A stretch of 64,000 nucleotides of DNA from the NCBI GenBank assembly GCA_042408215.1, contig JAYFMW010000008.1, positions 96,001-160,000 on the forward strand, in the 5' to 3' direction. The position numbers were made by a program, and so were the translations under genes. The notes under the pieces are model-generated. The model worked only from the letters and a program-made list of their open reading frames with translations, was not told where the DNA came from and made no database searches. Position 1 is the first letter of the stretch. Every line of letters starts with the position of its first letter. This DNA is from Microcoleus sp. (lineage in GTDB: Bacteria > Cyanobacteriota > Cyanobacteriia > Cyanobacteriales > Microcoleaceae). Below, piece after piece: positions 1-9,399 of this stretch.

Positions 1-174
1 ATTGACAAACGGCGTCGCTACAACAACATATCCTTGATTTCCCAAAGCCTCTAATAGCCAGCGATAGGTCAAGTGTGGTGCTGTCGCCACAAATGCACCG
101 CCGAGAAAATGTACGATCGCGATCGGTCTAGAGGGAATTAATACCCAGTTACCAGAAATTTCTTGCCAGTCCAT
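1..174 (-). CDS. DUF1350-family protein, N-terminal part (runs off window)
   Basis: Manual translation from ATG at 174: MDWQEISGNWVLIPSRPIAIVHFLGGAFVATAPHLTYRWLLEALGNQGYVVVATPFVN, typical of the cyanobacterial DUF1350 alpha/beta-fold family. Confidence 0.8.
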   Translation of the reverse strand, partial: MDWQEISGNWVLIPSRPIAIVHFLGGAFVATAPHLTYRWLLEALGNQGYVVVATPFVN

Positions 175-207
175 GAATTCAATCAACTACGGAGTGTCAA
201 ACCTTAT

Positions 208-1756
208 AAGAAATACCCTGAAAACCCTGTGACTTTAGTCCAGGGATGAAAGGGCGTGGCAGGATTTATCCTGCCTGTTCGTAAGTTTCAATATAACATA
301 ATGTTTAACCGTCCCCGGACAAATACTTCTAGCAATTGAGATCAAGGTAAAGATTTGTTGAGGATTAATTAACTTGTTAATTCACGATATATACTAAACC
401 TAGTGTCACAACAACAAAAGCAAATTAATGTACGCAGTGCAAAAAGATGTTTGGCATTTAAAAGGACTCGACAAAACCATTGTCGAACAACTACTAAGAT
501 GGTCAAATAATCTGTTTAATGTCGGAACTTACGAAAGTCGGCAACGATACTTTAAGAACCAAATCGCAGTTAAATATCCAGATTTGTATAAAATAGCCAA
601 AACCAACGAAAATTATGGGTTACTATACTCTCAAGTTGCCCAACAATCTCTTAAATCTGTCGCAGAATCTTTTACTTCTTTCCGAGCCTTAGAGAAGTTG
701 GCAAATCAAGGAGAAATCCATCAAAAACCGAGACTACCAAGGTACAGAACAAAAGGGGGAATGTACCCCGTTTCATATCCCGGTCAAGCCTTAAAGGTGA
801 TTGGAAATAAAGTCAGATTACCCCTGGGGAAAAAAGGAAAAGAATACTTTGGGAAAGATGCGATTTGGGTTCCACTACCTGAACGTATCAAGAATTGCCA
901 GATCAAAGAACTCAGGTTAATCCCTAGAAATGGTGAGGTCTGGGTCGAATATGTCCACGAATCTCTGACTGAGCAAGCTCCTAGTTGTAGCCTGGAAGTA
1001 ACAGGGGTTTTGGGAATAGATCATGGCATCAATAACTGGTTAACTTGTGTCTCTAGCAATGGTAAACCTTTCATCATTGATGGACATAGACTCAAGTCTT
1101 GGAACCAATGGTTTAACAAAGAAAAAGCGAGAGTTCAATCAGAACACGCAATACATAAATTACCCAAAGGTTTTTCGTCAAAAAGATTACAACAGTTGTC
1201 GGAAATTCGCACTAGAAGGATGAGAGATGCTGTCAACAAAGCAGTTAGAACCATCGTAGATTATTGCGAAAATCACCAAATCAATGTCTTAGTCTTTGGC
1301 TGGAACAAGGCACAGAAGCAAGAGGTTAATATGGGGGTCGTAACTAATCAGAATTTTGTCCAAATACCCACAGCTAAAGTCAAAGATAGACTCCAGCAAG
1401 AATGCGACTTAAGAGGGTGGCGATTTGTTGAACAAGATGAATCTTACACATCAAAAGCAAGTTTTTTAGACCGAGACATTTTGCCAGTAAAAGTCGGTGA
1501 AAAACCTGACAATTGGCAACCATCGGGTAAAAGAATCAAAAGAGGATTGTACTGTTCTAGCGCTGGGTTGTTAATCAATGCAGACGTTAACGGTGCAGCT
1601 AATATCATTAGAAAGTCAAAAGTAGCCATAGACTCAATTCTTGAGCGAGTGGGTAGTGGGTTGCTGACTAATCCTTTAAGAATTAAACTTTGGGCGGATT
1701 CATCCCCCAAAGTTTGTCCTTAAGAATCCCCGTGTCTTTAGACCGGGGAGTGTCAA
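208..1756 (+). mobile_element. IS200/IS605-family element, IS1341-type (TnpB only, no TnpA)
   Basis: Related subterminal hairpins: left AAAA-CCCTGTGACTTTAGTCCAGGG (221-245), right GAAT-CCCCGTGTCTTTAGACCGGGG followed by terminal TCAA (1753-1756). TTAT at 204-207 is the inferred left cleavage site. The only cargo is tnpB. Confidence 0.8.
428..1723 (+). CDS. tnpB: RNA-guided endonuclease TnpB
   Basis: 431 aa; RuvC-I GIDHG, ESYTSKASFLD and NADVNGAANI motifs; lies between IS200/IS605 end hairpins. Confidence 0.93.
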   Translation: MYAVQKDVWHLKGLDKTIVEQLLRWSNNLFNVGTYESRQRYFKNQIAVKYPDLYKIAKTNENYGLLYSQVAQQSLKSVAESFTSFRALEKLANQGEIHQKPRLPRYRTKGGMYPVSYPGQALKVIGNKVRLPLGKKGKEYFGKDAIWVPLPERIKNCQIKELRLIPRNGEVWVEYVHESLTEQAPSCSLEVTGVLGIDHGINNWLTCVSSNGKPFIIDGHRLKSWNQWFNKEKARVQSEHAIHKLPKGFSSKRLQQLSEIRTRRMRDAVNKAVRTIVDYCENHQINVLVFGWNKAQKQEVNMGVVTNQNFVQIPTAKVKDRLQQECDLRGWRFVEQDESYTSKASFLDRDILPVKVGEKPDNWQPSGKRIKRGLYCSSAGLLINADVNGAANIIRKSKVAIDSILERVGSGLLTNPLRIKLWADSSPKVCP

Positions 1757-1775
1757 TACTGTAACTGTTTTAGCA
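1600..1775 (+). ncRNA. Putative TnpB omega/reRNA (right-end scaffold plus flanking guide TACTGTAACTGTTTTAGC); 5' boundary approximate
   Basis: Inferred from established TnpB biology: the RNA overlaps the tnpB 3' end and right end, and the guide is the DNA after the terminal TCAA. Confidence 0.5.
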
Positions 1776-1843
1776 ACAAATAGTACAACCAGCGCGCTCT
1801 GCTGTTTTGGTTTTCTAGAGTTGAAGGTGGAACGGTTTTCAAT

Positions 1844-2818
1844 TCAGCCTTCAGCCTTCGGATCACTCAACTGCTCATGATACTTGATCCATTTGAACTT
1901 ATTCAAAGTAGCTTGAGGATCGAGCACTGTAGTAGCAATCCCGTAAACAATAGTCGGCAAAAACTCCCGGTTTAACCAACTTTGTCCAACCTTTCTCATG
2001 TAGTGCTGTGACAAAACTTCTCGGAGTTTGTTAAGCCTTTTCAAAAGAGGCAAATTATTAAAGCATACCTGCTCGTACTCATTCAAAGATAACTCTGGTT
2101 CTCCCCGCAAGCGCCGCCGTTGATTTTCCTTGACACAATCGGAAGCTATGCGTTTTTTCAGCCAGTGCTGATCTGTGAGAGAGTTCCCCCTAATCCGATA
2201 ATTTCCCAAGGGCTGTGTCGCCGCCAGCAAACCGTACTTTTGAGCGATTCTGGTAAATAACTCTGTATCTTCCCCTACCAGCCAATCTTCAGCAAAGCCA
2301 CCTTCTTTGACGAGAATTGTGCGATCGACTACAACAGAAGACGGGAACACCCAAGGACTTTCCCCTGTCACCTTAATCGCCTGCATTTGGGCTTTAGTTG
2401 TAGGATATGTGGGAATATAACTCAACTTTTTCCCCTGCTTGTCCAAATAGCGCAAAGCGTGAGCAACAGCTTTGACTTCGGGATTTTCTGCGAGCATCTG
2501 CAAACAAAATTCCAGCTTGTTTGGTTCCCAAGTATCGTCACTGTCGAGAAACGCTACATACTCACCTGTTGCCCGATCGATCGTTAAATTTCTAGACTTA
2601 GAAACCCCATAATTTTGGGGATTTCTAAAGAATTGAATTCGCGGATCTGACTCGGCAAGTTTAGCAGCAACTTTGCTAGTATCATCAGTAGAGCAGTCAT
2701 CAACAATTAAGATTTCTAGATGCTGGTAGCTGCCATTGACTACGGAGGAAACTGCCTCAGCCAGGGTTTTGGCTGCATTGAATGCAGGAATGATGACACT
2801 GACTTTTTCGCTGTTCAT
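1844..2818 (-). CDS. Glycosyltransferase family 2
   Basis: VSVIIPAFN, IVDDCSTD, FLDSDD and GEDTEL motifs. Confidence 0.92.
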   Translation of the reverse strand: MNSEKVSVIIPAFNAAKTLAEAVSSVVNGSYQHLEILIVDDCSTDDTSKVAAKLAESDPRIQFFRNPQNYGVSKSRNLTIDRATGEYVAFLDSDDTWEPNKLEFCLQMLAENPEVKAVAHALRYLDKQGKKLSYIPTYPTTKAQMQAIKVTGESPWVFPSSVVVDRTILVKEGGFAEDWLVGEDTELFTRIAQKYGLLAATQPLGNYRIRGNSLTDQHWLKKRIASDCVKENQRRRLRGEPELSLNEYEQVCFNNLPLLKRLNKLREVLSQHYMRKVGQSWLNREFLPTIVYGIATTVLDPQATLNKFKWIKYHEQLSDPKAEG

Positions 2819-2982
2819 AAATTGACTCTAGGTAGGATTTGGTAATTGTTTACAGAAGTATGAGCTTCGACAAATAAGCTGTTGTGGCGATCGATATTTT
2901 TGGGAATCAAAATTATATTTCTATCTTTAGGAAGATGTCATTCAATTTATACTGTAACAATCCCTCGACTATTCTGTAAACA

Positions 2983-4736
2983 ATGTTTTCAAGATTATCT
3001 AAAAAAGTACCAATTTATACTTTATTTCTAACATTCATGCTATTTGGTTGCCAGCAGCGGCTACAGCTACAGCTACAGCAACAACCAAACTTGCAGCAAC
3101 AGCGCAGCAAACAGGGCATGGCAGTGTCCGCTCACCCGCTGGCGAGCGATGCGGGGCTAAGAGTGCTGCAACAGGGAGGTAATGCAGTGGATGCCGCTGT
3201 GGCTACGGCTTTGGCGATTTCGGTGGTGGAGCCTTTTTCGGCGGGTATTGGCGGTGGGGGTTTTTTGCTGTTGCGGCGGGCCCAAACGGGTACTGTGCAA
3301 GCGCTGGATTTCCGGGAACGGGCACCCAAACGGGCGACGCGGGATATGTATCTGGACAAGCAAGGTAAAGTGCGCCAGAGGGCAAGTCTAGACGGGCATT
3401 TGGCCGCTGGTATTCCGGGTACTGTGGCGGGACTTTATACGGTGCACCGGGAGTATGGCAAGTTGCCTTGGGCTACTGTGGTGGCTCCGGCGATCGCCCT
3501 GGCTGAATTGTTTTTTTTTGGGGCTTTCCGGTGAGTTCGCGGTTTACCAAGGCTGTTGAGGGGCGACTGGATGTGATTAAAAAGAATCCGGCGGCGCGGG
3601 CAGTTTTTACCCGCAGTGGCGTTTTGTACAAACCAGGGGAACTGCTGGTGCAGCGGGATTTGGGGCGGACTTTACGTAAGATTGCCGTTGACCCGCAAAG
3701 TTTTTATACCGGGGATCTTGCTAGGGCGATCGCCTCTGACATGGCTAAAAACGGCGGCCTGATTACTCTCGAAGACCTCAAACACTATACACCGATTTGG
3801 CGAAATCCGGTTTGCGACAACTTCCGCACTTACCAAATTTGCGCGATGTCGCCTCCTTCTTCCGGTGGCGTTCATTTGCTGCAAATCTTAAATCTGATTG
3901 GCGATACGGATTTAAAGATGTTGGGCCCTAAAAGTCCAGACACCTTGCATTTACTGGCAGAAAGTATGCGGATTGCTTATGCCGATCGATCTGAGCATTT
4001 GGGCGATCCAGATTTTGTCAATGTGCCCGTCAAAGCTCTGACTAGCCGTAGCTATGCCAAATTGAGGCGATCGCAAATCCAGATGTCGAAAGCCAAACCT
4101 TCCAGCGAGGTAAAGGCTGTTGACGCTCAAACTTTGAGTCGATTTGTGCACGAGTCGCCTGAAACTACGCATCTGACGGTAGTTGACAAAGAGCGCAATG
4201 TTGTGAGTTTGACGTTTACGGTGAATGGCGTTTTTGGGGCTGGGGCTGTGGCGGCGGGTACGGGAATTTTGCTCAACAATGAGATGGACGATTTCGCGGC
4301 GGCTGCGGGAGTGCCGAATTTGTTTGGTTTAGTGGGCGACGAAGCAAATTCGATCGCCCCTGGGAAGACTCCTTTATCCAGCATGACGCCGGTAATTGTG
4401 ACGGAAAATGGCAAATTTCGCCTCGCTGCGGGCTCTCCCGGAGGCAGTAGGATTATTACGACGGTGCTGCAAATTGTGTTGAATGTGTTGGTTGACGACA
4501 TGAATGTCGGTGAGGCTGTATCCGCACCCCGGATTCACCATCAGTGGCTGCCCGATCGCCTGATGGTGGAACGGGGAGGTTTTGAGGCTGCGACGCTTTC
4601 GGAGTTGCGGCGGCGGGGACACCAGATTCAGGAAGGCGAGGGTTGGGGAAATGCGAATGCGATCGTCCTCACCTCTGATGGTTGGTTGGAGGGGGCAGCC
4701 GATCGGCGCGGGGAAGGGGCGGCCAGGGGGTTTTAG
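2983..4736 (+). pseudogene. ggt: Gamma-glutamyltransferase split by a frameshift at a T9 tract (3511-3519)
   Basis: ORF 2983-3534 has GGNAVDAAVA/GIGGGGF. ORF 3531-4736 has the autocleavage motif ETTHLTVVD, LNNEMDDF and PLSSMTP. The frame changes at GAATTG-TTTTTTTTT-GGGGC. Confidence 0.85.
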
Positions 4737-4862
4737 GAAGAGGGAAGAAGGAAGAAGGAAGAGGGAAGAAGGAAGAGGGAATATTAACGCCCAAGGCCCA
4801 AGGCCCAAGGCCCAAGGCCCAAGGCCCAAGGCCCAATTACCAATTACCAATTACCAATTACT
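4736..4862. repeat. STRR-type heptamer tracts (GGAAGAR)n, (CCCAAGG)n, (CCAATTA)n
   Basis: Tandem 7-mers directly visible after the ggt stop. Confidence 0.85.
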
Positions 4863-4899
4863 AACTACCAAGAATTACTGAACACAAATTAATATTAAT

Positions 4900-4917
4900 C
4901 TCCGTATAAACACGGAG
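4900..4917. promoter_or_regulatory. Palindrome CTCCGT-ATAAAC-ACGGAG upstream of the PEP-CTERM gene
   Basis: Perfect 6-bp arms with a 6-nt spacer, ~60 nt before the ORF; function inferred. Confidence 0.4.
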
Positions 4918-4974
4918 TTATAAATTCTTGGTAAAGGACTATACTTTACCAGTATATAATGTAATCATAATAGT

Positions 4975-5886
4975 ATGGATTTAATTCAAAGCTATGATTT
5001 TAGCAATAAAAATATGCTCATACCTCATAGAATTGCTGCCTTAACTGCTACATTCACCGCTGCTGCTTTCAGCTTGTTGACCGCACCCGCAATGGCATTT
5101 TCTGTAGGTGCAACCAATAACACTGAGACTTTAAAAAACCAGTTGTTGGGAACTAATACAGTGGGATTGAGTAATTTTTCGGTTTCAGTTACTGGAAATA
5201 GTGCTGCTTTTGGTACTTTTACTAATGACCCCTTCGGTTTGCAGTCAGGTGTTGTTCTCAGCACTGGCAGAGTCACCGATATACCGGGCAGGAATCTCAA
5301 AGATAACTTAATGATCGACGGCACTGATTTAAACACTGACTTGGGGGCCAGGGGCGAAGCTGGCGATTTGACTCAGCTAGACCTCAGATTTTTTGTTGAC
5401 TCTAGGGCTGACAAGTTGTTCTTTGAATATGTATTTGGTTCCGAGGAGTTTCCTGAGTTCGGCGGTTCTGAATTTAATGACAGTTTTGAACTGTTGCTGA
5501 ATGGCAAGAATTTGGCCAAGTTGAGCGACGGCCAAGCAGTTACGATTAATAATCTTGTTCCCGATCCAAATAATCGCTCTACAGATAACCCGGACTATAT
5601 CAACAACCCAAGCCTGACTGGTCTTGCTGCTAATATTATTAAGCTGGACGGTTTTACTAAAGTTTTAGGTTTTGAGGGTTTGCTCAAGCAAAATCAGACG
5701 AATGTTCTCAGCATCCGCATTAAAGATGTGGGGGATGGCAATTTAGATTCTGCTGTGTTTATTAAAGGCGGTTCTCTGGGAACCAAAAAAGCCGAGGCGG
5801 TTCCCGAACCGATGACTTTGGGGGGTTTGATGGCGGGGGGTGCTATGCTGGCCGCAGCGCGAAAATTGCGAGGCGCAAGGAATTAA
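4975..5886 (+). CDS. PEP-CTERM sorting-domain surface protein (choice-of-anchor L-like domain)
   Basis: Signal peptide ending APAMA; FEYVFGSEEFPEF..FND motif; C-terminal VPEP-TM-RKLR. Confidence 0.85.
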   Translation: MDLIQSYDFSNKNMLIPHRIAALTATFTAAAFSLLTAPAMAFSVGATNNTETLKNQLLGTNTVGLSNFSVSVTGNSAAFGTFTNDPFGLQSGVVLSTGRVTDIPGRNLKDNLMIDGTDLNTDLGARGEAGDLTQLDLRFFVDSRADKLFFEYVFGSEEFPEFGGSEFNDSFELLLNGKNLAKLSDGQAVTINNLVPDPNNRSTDNPDYINNPSLTGLAANIIKLDGFTKVLGFEGLLKQNQTNVLSIRIKDVGDGNLDSAVFIKGGSLGTKKAEAVPEPMTLGGLMAGGAMLAAARKLRGARN

Positions 5887-6143
5887 AATAGGACTGACGC
5901 ATTAATCATATAATTCTGTCCTTTGATTGCAGCAAATGTTCTTGGTAAAACCCGCTCCTACAGCAACTGACTTATGACCGAAAGCAATTTAGTCTCTTGC
6001 CCCCGGAGGTCAGCCGTGGAGACACATAAAAGCTCCGCATCCTGACTACCAGCGAACGGATTCATCTTTGGGCTAAATCTAAAATCTAACATCTAACATC
6101 TAAAATTTAAAATTTAAAATTGAAAATCGGATGACTAAATCGT

Positions 6144-7175
6144 TTAGCTGTGAACAGTACCATCGGGTAAGATTGTTCCCGATAATCTAGCTCCCGTCAA
6201 TTTTACCATCACCCGATCGCCATAACCGATTTTCGCTCCTGTTAAATCCGCACCACTCAAGTCCGTGCCGCTCAAATCGGCTCCGATTAAGTTAGTTTCT
6301 CTCAAGTTGGCATTGATCAAACAAGCTCCTAACAGGTTAGCTCTGAATAAGTTTGCTTTGTGCAAATTCGCCCCTGTGAGGTTCACGTTGTGCAGAAAAG
6401 TATCACTTAAGTCAGCTTGACTCAGGTTCGCATTGCTCAAGTTTCTGCCAGAAAAATCCTTTTCTTTTAAGGAAGCTCCTTGGAAGTTGGAACCGCTCAA
6501 ATCGGGATTTTGTTGGGGGCCTGGGCGGTAAGATGAGGATGGCGTTGACGATTGGTAGCGGGACGCATCTGAATAGGGCCCCGCAGGATTAGCAGATTTT
6601 CCCCCATAATTTCCTGAATGGGGCTCAGAAGAGTAGCGCGGTTCTTTTGGGGTTGCCGGCGGCTGAGTATTTCTGTACTGAGTATTTCTGTACTGAGTGT
6701 TTTGGTGCTGAGTATTTTGGTGCTGAGTATTTTGATACTGAGTATTTTGGTGCTGAGTGTTTTGGTGCTGAGTGTTTTGATACTGAGTATTTTGGTGCTG
6801 AGTATTTTGATACTGAGTATTTTGATACTGAGTATTTTGATACTGAGTGTTTTGGTGCTGAGTATTTTGATACTGAGTATTTTGATACTGAGTGTTTTGG
6901 TGCTGGGTGTTTTGGTGCTGGGTGTTTTTGCGATCGGTGTTTTTGCGATCGGTGTTTTGGTGCTGAGCTCTCGGCTGAATCGATCGCAATTGTTCGCGGG
7001 CTTGATTAATTTCCTTAATCTTTTCTTCAGCTTTTTGGTGCAGTCTGGGCCTGTCTTTGGGGATGCGATCGGGGTGCCAAATGAACGCTAAATCTTTGTA
7101 GGCTTGGCTAATTTCTTCTGGGGAAGCTCCAGGCAGCAGTCCCAGCACCTTATAGTATTGGTCGAGGTCGTTCAT
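6144..7175 (-). CDS. DnaJ-domain protein with Q/N/Y-rich repeat linker and C-terminal pentapeptide repeats
   Basis: J-domain WHPD motif; A(D/N)LxX pentapeptides; ILPDG terminus. Confidence 0.9.
   Translation of the reverse strand: MNDLDQYYKVLGLLPGASPEEISQAYKDLAFIWHPDRIPKDRPRLHQKAEEKIKEINQAREQLRSIQPRAQHQNTDRKNTDRKNTQHQNTQHQNTQYQNTQYQNTQHQNTQYQNTQYQNTQYQNTQHQNTQYQNTQHQNTQHQNTQYQNTQHQNTQHQNTQYRNTQYRNTQPPATPKEPRYSSEPHSGNYGGKSANPAGPYSDASRYQSSTPSSSYRPGPQQNPDLSGSNFQGASLKEKDFSGRNLSNANLSQADLSDTFLHNVNLTGANLHKANLFRANLLGACLINANLRETNLIGADLSGTDLSGADLTGAKIGYGDRVMVKLTGARLSGTILPDGTVHS
6663..6965 (-). repeat. 15-bp coding tandem repeat, 20 units of Q(H/Y)QNT-like pentapeptides
   Basis: CTGAGT(A/G)TTTTG(A/G)T(A/G) repeated on the + strand. 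Confidence 0.92.
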
Positions 7176-7296
7176 ATTACCACCTTTCGCTTTCAGAAAT
7201 TAGGGATTAAAAATTAAGATCGGAGTGAAGGCAGCTCTAAAAGCTAGCTTCCCCGATCGTACATTGATTAAACAAAAAGATTGAACATTAACTCAG

Positions 7297-8145
7297 TTAT
7301 GCCGCTGCTGGCAAAAAATCCCGGATTCGCTGCAAATACGTTGCGGCATCCTCCAGCATCGGAAAATGAGATGTATTTGGGATTATAACAAATTCTACTT
7401 TGTTGCTGAGGGATGCCGCCTGTTTACCCATGATTGCGGGGATAATTTGATCGAATTCTCCGGCGACGAGCAGCGTGGGAACACTCAGTCGGGCAAATTC
7501 TTGGGGCATTTCCTCCGCAGCTTTTTTGCTGACTGCTGTCACCATTGTACCTATAGCCGCAGCCTCGTCTGCCATTAAGAAATCCTTTAGAAATGCCAAA
7601 CTGACCTCTGTGGGCAGAGATCGGTGCAAAAACCGTGCCATAAATATGCGATCGGCAAAAGGAATAGAAGCCAACCAAGGCGGCCGAAATTTGACCACAT
7701 AGCCGCCGAATTTGTGAAAAGTTGTAAAGGCTTTTTCATCATATTCAAAAATGCCGCTGCAAGTGAGAATTGCTTTTTCTACTTTTTCGGGATAAAGATT
7801 GAGAAATAAAGTAGCAATTGATGCACCTGTGGAGTGAGCATTAATGTAGACACGACTTAAATTCAAAGCTGCCAATAATTCCGCTAAGTCGTGGGCGTAG
7901 GTTTCGAGTTCGTAGCTTGACTCAGGAGGCTGTTTTGGCAGTGGAGAACGTCCAAAACCTCTCATGTCGTAAAGCAAGCAGTCAAAGTCACCAGCGATCG
8001 CCTGTGCGGTGCTTTCCCAGTAGCGGGCTGAGCCAGCCCATCCGTGCAGGAATACCATCACAGGTTTGCCGGTGGGTTGGGCGCTTGCGTCTGCTGTTAT
8101 CCACTCGTAATAATGTTCTACACCGTGAATTGAAATGAAAGACAT
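7297..8145 (-). CDS. Alpha/beta fold hydrolase
   Basis: FLHGW, DMRGFGRS, AHSTG nucleophile elbow, SHFPMLE. Confidence 0.9.
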   Translation of the reverse strand: MSFISIHGVEHYYEWITADASAQPTGKPVMVFLHGWAGSARYWESTAQAIAGDFDCLLYDMRGFGRSPLPKQPPESSYELETYAHDLAELLAALNLSRVYINAHSTGASIATLFLNLYPEKVEKAILTCSGIFEYDEKAFTTFHKFGGYVVKFRPPWLASIPFADRIFMARFLHRSLPTEVSLAFLKDFLMADEAAAIGTMVTAVSKKAAEEMPQEFARLSVPTLLVAGEFDQIIPAIMGKQAASLSNKVEFVIIPNTSHFPMLEDAATYLQRIRDFLPAAA

Positions 8146-8191
8146 AGTTAAGTAGTTTTGAGTTTTGAATTATGATTTTACATCATATGTT

Positions 8192-8562
8192 TCGGAATGA
8201 TTTAACCGCAGAGGGCGCAGAGGGCGCAGAGAAAGAGAAAAGAGAGATGAATACAGGACGATACCAACGGATTTGATATCATATGTAGTCCAGGACGCAT
8301 TAACATTGAAATTGAGGGACGTAGGACTACCGAGGATGCTCTGGTGACAGGTGATGAGGTATTAATTGGTCAGGTGGTTTTGGAGAAGTTAGATTTGCTT
8401 GTGGACTGTAGAAATCAGCGCTTAATCGGGAATCCCACTAATCCTAATTATCCTGTGACTTATATCAAGTAGGACTTATATCAAATCCGTTGACATCCGA
8501 ATTATTCATCTCTCTCTTCTCGAACTCTGCGTCCTCTGTGTCCTCTGTGGTTTAATCATTCC
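8192..8562. mobile_element. Inverted pair of ~85-bp dispersed elements enclosing a gene fragment
   Basis: Left arm CGGAATGATTTAACCGCAGAG...CAACGGATTTGATAT (8192-8279) is an imperfect reverse complement of the right arm ATATCAAATCCGTTG...GTTTAATCATTCCG (8478-8562). Another copy lies at ~23121-23205. Confidence 0.65.
8287..8472 (+). pseudogene. C-terminal fragment of a clan AA aspartyl protease-like protein
   Basis: Manual translation SPGRINIEIEGRRTTEDALVTGDEVLIGQVVLEKLDLLVDCRNQRLIGNP...; N-terminus with the DTG motif is absent. Confidence 0.65.
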
Positions 8563-8673
8563 GATCCAACCGGACTACAGAATAAAAACTATATCTATCA
8601 AAAAATCTGCGTTAATCTGCGTCAATCCACATCTGCGGTCAAAAATCACCAACATAGAAACCAACGAGAAACC

Positions 8674-9399
8674 TTAAGCAGCCGAAGCAGCTAGCCAAAA
8701 TAAACCATCTACTAAAAGCGTGCTCAAAACTGCTCCGCTGAAGGCCCGCCAGTGCAATTGCGTGCCGCGCAAACTCAGCAAACCTACCGTTAGCAGTACA
8801 GCGATTAAAACTAAAGCGCAGCCTATTCCCCAAGGTGTCTCGATTTGTCCGATCGCACTTTGAAAAATCGGCATTGCTAATTCCGGTTCCGCGTGCATCA
8901 CTTGGCGCCAGTAGGGCATCAAGCCTGTCAAGTAGAAATATAAGTCAGTAATAGCAGTGCCCAATAGGGAACCTAAATAAAAATAGCCGCCCACTTTTCC
9001 CCAAGATTTACCCAAGCACCAAATCGCAAATGGTAAGCCAATTGATTCGATCGGTAAATGCAAAATAGGTTCCCATCTAAACCAGCCCCAATAGATCGAA
9101 CCTGCCAGCCAACATCCGGCAAATCCTAATAATAAGTCTCCCCAAAGTTGGGTTTTCTGGCGAAAAATTAGGATTAAACTAAGTGCTATCCAGGCGATAG
9201 TTGAGAGCAAACTGATGGCTGGATATAAACGCACTAAAGGTGCTTGGACGAAAACTGGAATTGATACTAAAAAGGCTGAAGCGCTAAATATCAACCACTG
9301 CTGAATGCTATTGTTTCTGCCTGAAGATACAGGATTTTCGAGGCTGGTGAGAGTAAGAATAGGTGCGATCGCTGAGGATAATAAATTAAAATTAAACAA
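8674..9399 (-). CDS. DUF3120-family membrane protein
   Basis: VSIPVFVQAPLVR and WGWFRWEPILHLPIESIGLP motifs; multiple TM segments. Confidence 0.85.
   Translation of the reverse strand: MFNFNLLSSAIAPILTLTSLENPVSSGRNNSIQQWLIFSASAFLVSIPVFVQAPLVRLYPAISLLSTIAWIALSLILIFRQKTQLWGDLLLGFAGCWLAGSIYWGWFRWEPILHLPIESIGLPFAIWCLGKSWGKVGGYFYLGSLLGTAITDLYFYLTGLMPYWRQVMHAEPELAMPIFQSAIGQIETPWGIGCALVLIAVLLTVGLLSLRGTQLHWRAFSGAVLSTLLVDGLFWLAASAA

Noticed and set aside
191..200. GGAGTGTCAA identical to the IS right end, suggesting a target duplication or second element
   Set aside because: IS200/IS605 elements make no target duplication and no hairpin precedes it; a 10-nt match may be chance or an undiagnosable remnant.
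4374..4881. ORFs spanning the STRR tracts
   Set aside because: Low-complexity translations of heptamer repeats.
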